A program made the position numbers and the translations under genes. A stretch of 64,000 nucleotides of DNA from the NCBI GenBank assembly GCA_000708835.1, contig DF237369.1:7674-71673 (forward strand). Reading direction: 5' to 3'. Below the pieces are notes generated by a model, which saw only the letters and a list, made by a program, of their open reading frames with translations, made no database searches and was not told where the DNA came from. Numbering within the stretch: the first letter of the stretch is position 1; each line of letters begins with the position of its first letter. Shown piece by piece: positions 62,703-64,000 of the stretch. The DNA is from Klebsormidium nitens. Lineage: Eukaryota; Plantae; Klebsormidiophyceae.

Positions 62703-63683
62703 ATGGGGGAGCATTCAGTCAGTCCTCCAATCAGGATTATCGTCGAGTTTTCTGAGGAATGCCGCGTGAACCCCCTGATGCAGAGACTGTGGATTTTGCT
62801 GCCGCGCCACCTGAAGACGGTCTCAGATCTCGCCGGTTACTTGGAGGAGAAATGTGTTCGGCTTGATTATGGCGCATCTGCAGGGATTTCGCTGGAGGTA
62901 AGGTTGACAGGCCGCAAGTGTGTCCCGCAGTATGTGTTCTATGTGCTGGAACATTCTCGAGAATAATCCTCATCTTTGTTGGAGTTGAAAGAGAAGGAGA
63001 TTTCTGATACTGCCTCGAGAATGCAGTAGTCTTTGAAGATACTTCTTCTTCCTAGCAACCTGCCAATATGAGTGTCAACTATCGTCAACTAGTTGCATTC
63101 AGCAGCTCATGGAGTCACTTACAAGGGATTCAAAAAGAAAATGGGAGACACGAAAGATGCTGTAGAAGTGAAACAAGAAGGGCGGTGTAGAAAGGGCAAT
63201 AAGAACAGAGGGCCCTCCTTTTCTAGCAGAATATACTCAAAGCTTTGCTTTCAAACCAGAAGAAAGTTTTTGTGCTGTGTTTCCAAAGTATTGTAACTGT
63301 GATAGCTAAGATGATTGTTAAGGAGTGCTGAGCGTGGGTGTGTCTGCAGGTAATGCAATGATGTTCTGAATGATTCGGCACCTGCTTTTGAGATACGAAT
63401 CCTGCAGTACCTGACGGTGGCAGGTTTGCACAACACTCAAAAGGAGGCAGCCAAGGCATCGAGTTAGCTGACTTTTCTGGGGTTATCTCTCATACTTTTC
63501 TGAGGTTATCTCTCTTACTTTTCTGGGGTTATCCCTCTTTCTTTTCTGGGGTTATCCCTCTCAGTTTTCTGGGGTTATCCCTCTCAGTTTTCTGGGGTTA
63601 TCTCTCTTACTGGTACAGATTGGTGGAGTTCCTGTACCCCTGCATGAAGACATCGCCATTATACGTGATGCTGACACAGTCAG
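62703..63683 (+). CDS. Probable coilin, N-terminal domain (partial; gene continues beyond the window)
   Basis: Exons 62703-62897 and 63619-63683 give IRIIVEF...QRLWILLPRHLKTVSDLAGYL...GISLEIGGVPVPLHEDIAIIRDADTV. This resembles the plant coilin N-terminal domain pattern (recalled, not searched). Confidence 0.62.
63471..63608. repeat. Six-unit 23-bp minisatellite at the 3' end of the first coilin-like intron
   Basis: Variants of acttttctggggttatc(t/c)ctct(t/c) repeated six times, ending 10 nt before the exon start at 63619. Confidence 0.93.
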
Positions 63684-63736
63684 GTATGGCAAAAACCTGT
63701 CTATCCCTCTGAGTTATGTGGTGACATGTCGGGTTT

Positions 63737-63889
63737 TTTGGCTGTTAACCACATTCGGTTACGGGCTGGTTCGAAGCTGGTTAACTGTCCAATGACCAGA
63801 CTCGAGCAGTAACCAGGTTTTAAACATGGCTACAACGCGGAAAGAACCAGACTGAAGTTTATGGTTATCGAACCTGGTTAGCAGCCAAA
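63737..63889. mobile_element. Small inverted-repeat element (MITE-like)
   Basis: tttggctgttaacca (63737-63751) and tggttagcagccaaa (63875-63889) form a 15-bp inverted repeat with 1 mismatch. Internal aacca/tggtt motifs. No clear target-site duplication. Confidence 0.4.
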
Positions 63890-64000
63890 GTTCCCTGTGA
63901 CACTATCCTTTGCAAATGATTGTTGTACTATGTCAATATCTCATTTGCTCCTGCTGAGGCGAGGTATTCTTCTGAATCGGTAGATAAAATCTGTGTTCGC

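Overview
Eukaryotic, intron-rich nuclear DNA of about 50% GC with GT-AG introns and plant-type genes, consistent with a streptophyte alga such as Klebsormidium (inference). I see no prokaryotic features, RNA genes or CRISPR arrays. The right half holds seven genes reconstructed by hand from splice sites: a 10-exon LAT/SLC7-type amino acid transporter (-), a 9-exon UMP synthase (+), an intronless F-box/LRR gene (-), a TMEM230/TMEM134-like gene (+), a PP1 inhibitor-3 gene (-, absent from the ORF track), a low-molecular-weight protein tyrosine phosphatase (-) and the 5' end of a probable coilin gene (+). The left ~27 kb has no intact gene. It is a field of heavily decayed, mutually similar 1.3-2.4 kb units whose remnants resemble RPA70-like OB-fold proteins, plus an unidentified opposite-strand module. 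The same modules recur inside two large introns of the transporter. The most unusual signal is that exon edges of two genes are echoed as tandem 110-210 nt partial copies in the flanking introns. One 96-nt echo of UMPS exon 8 differs from the exon at 11 positions, all synonymous. Coordinates of decayed repeats are approximate and all alignments were done by eye.
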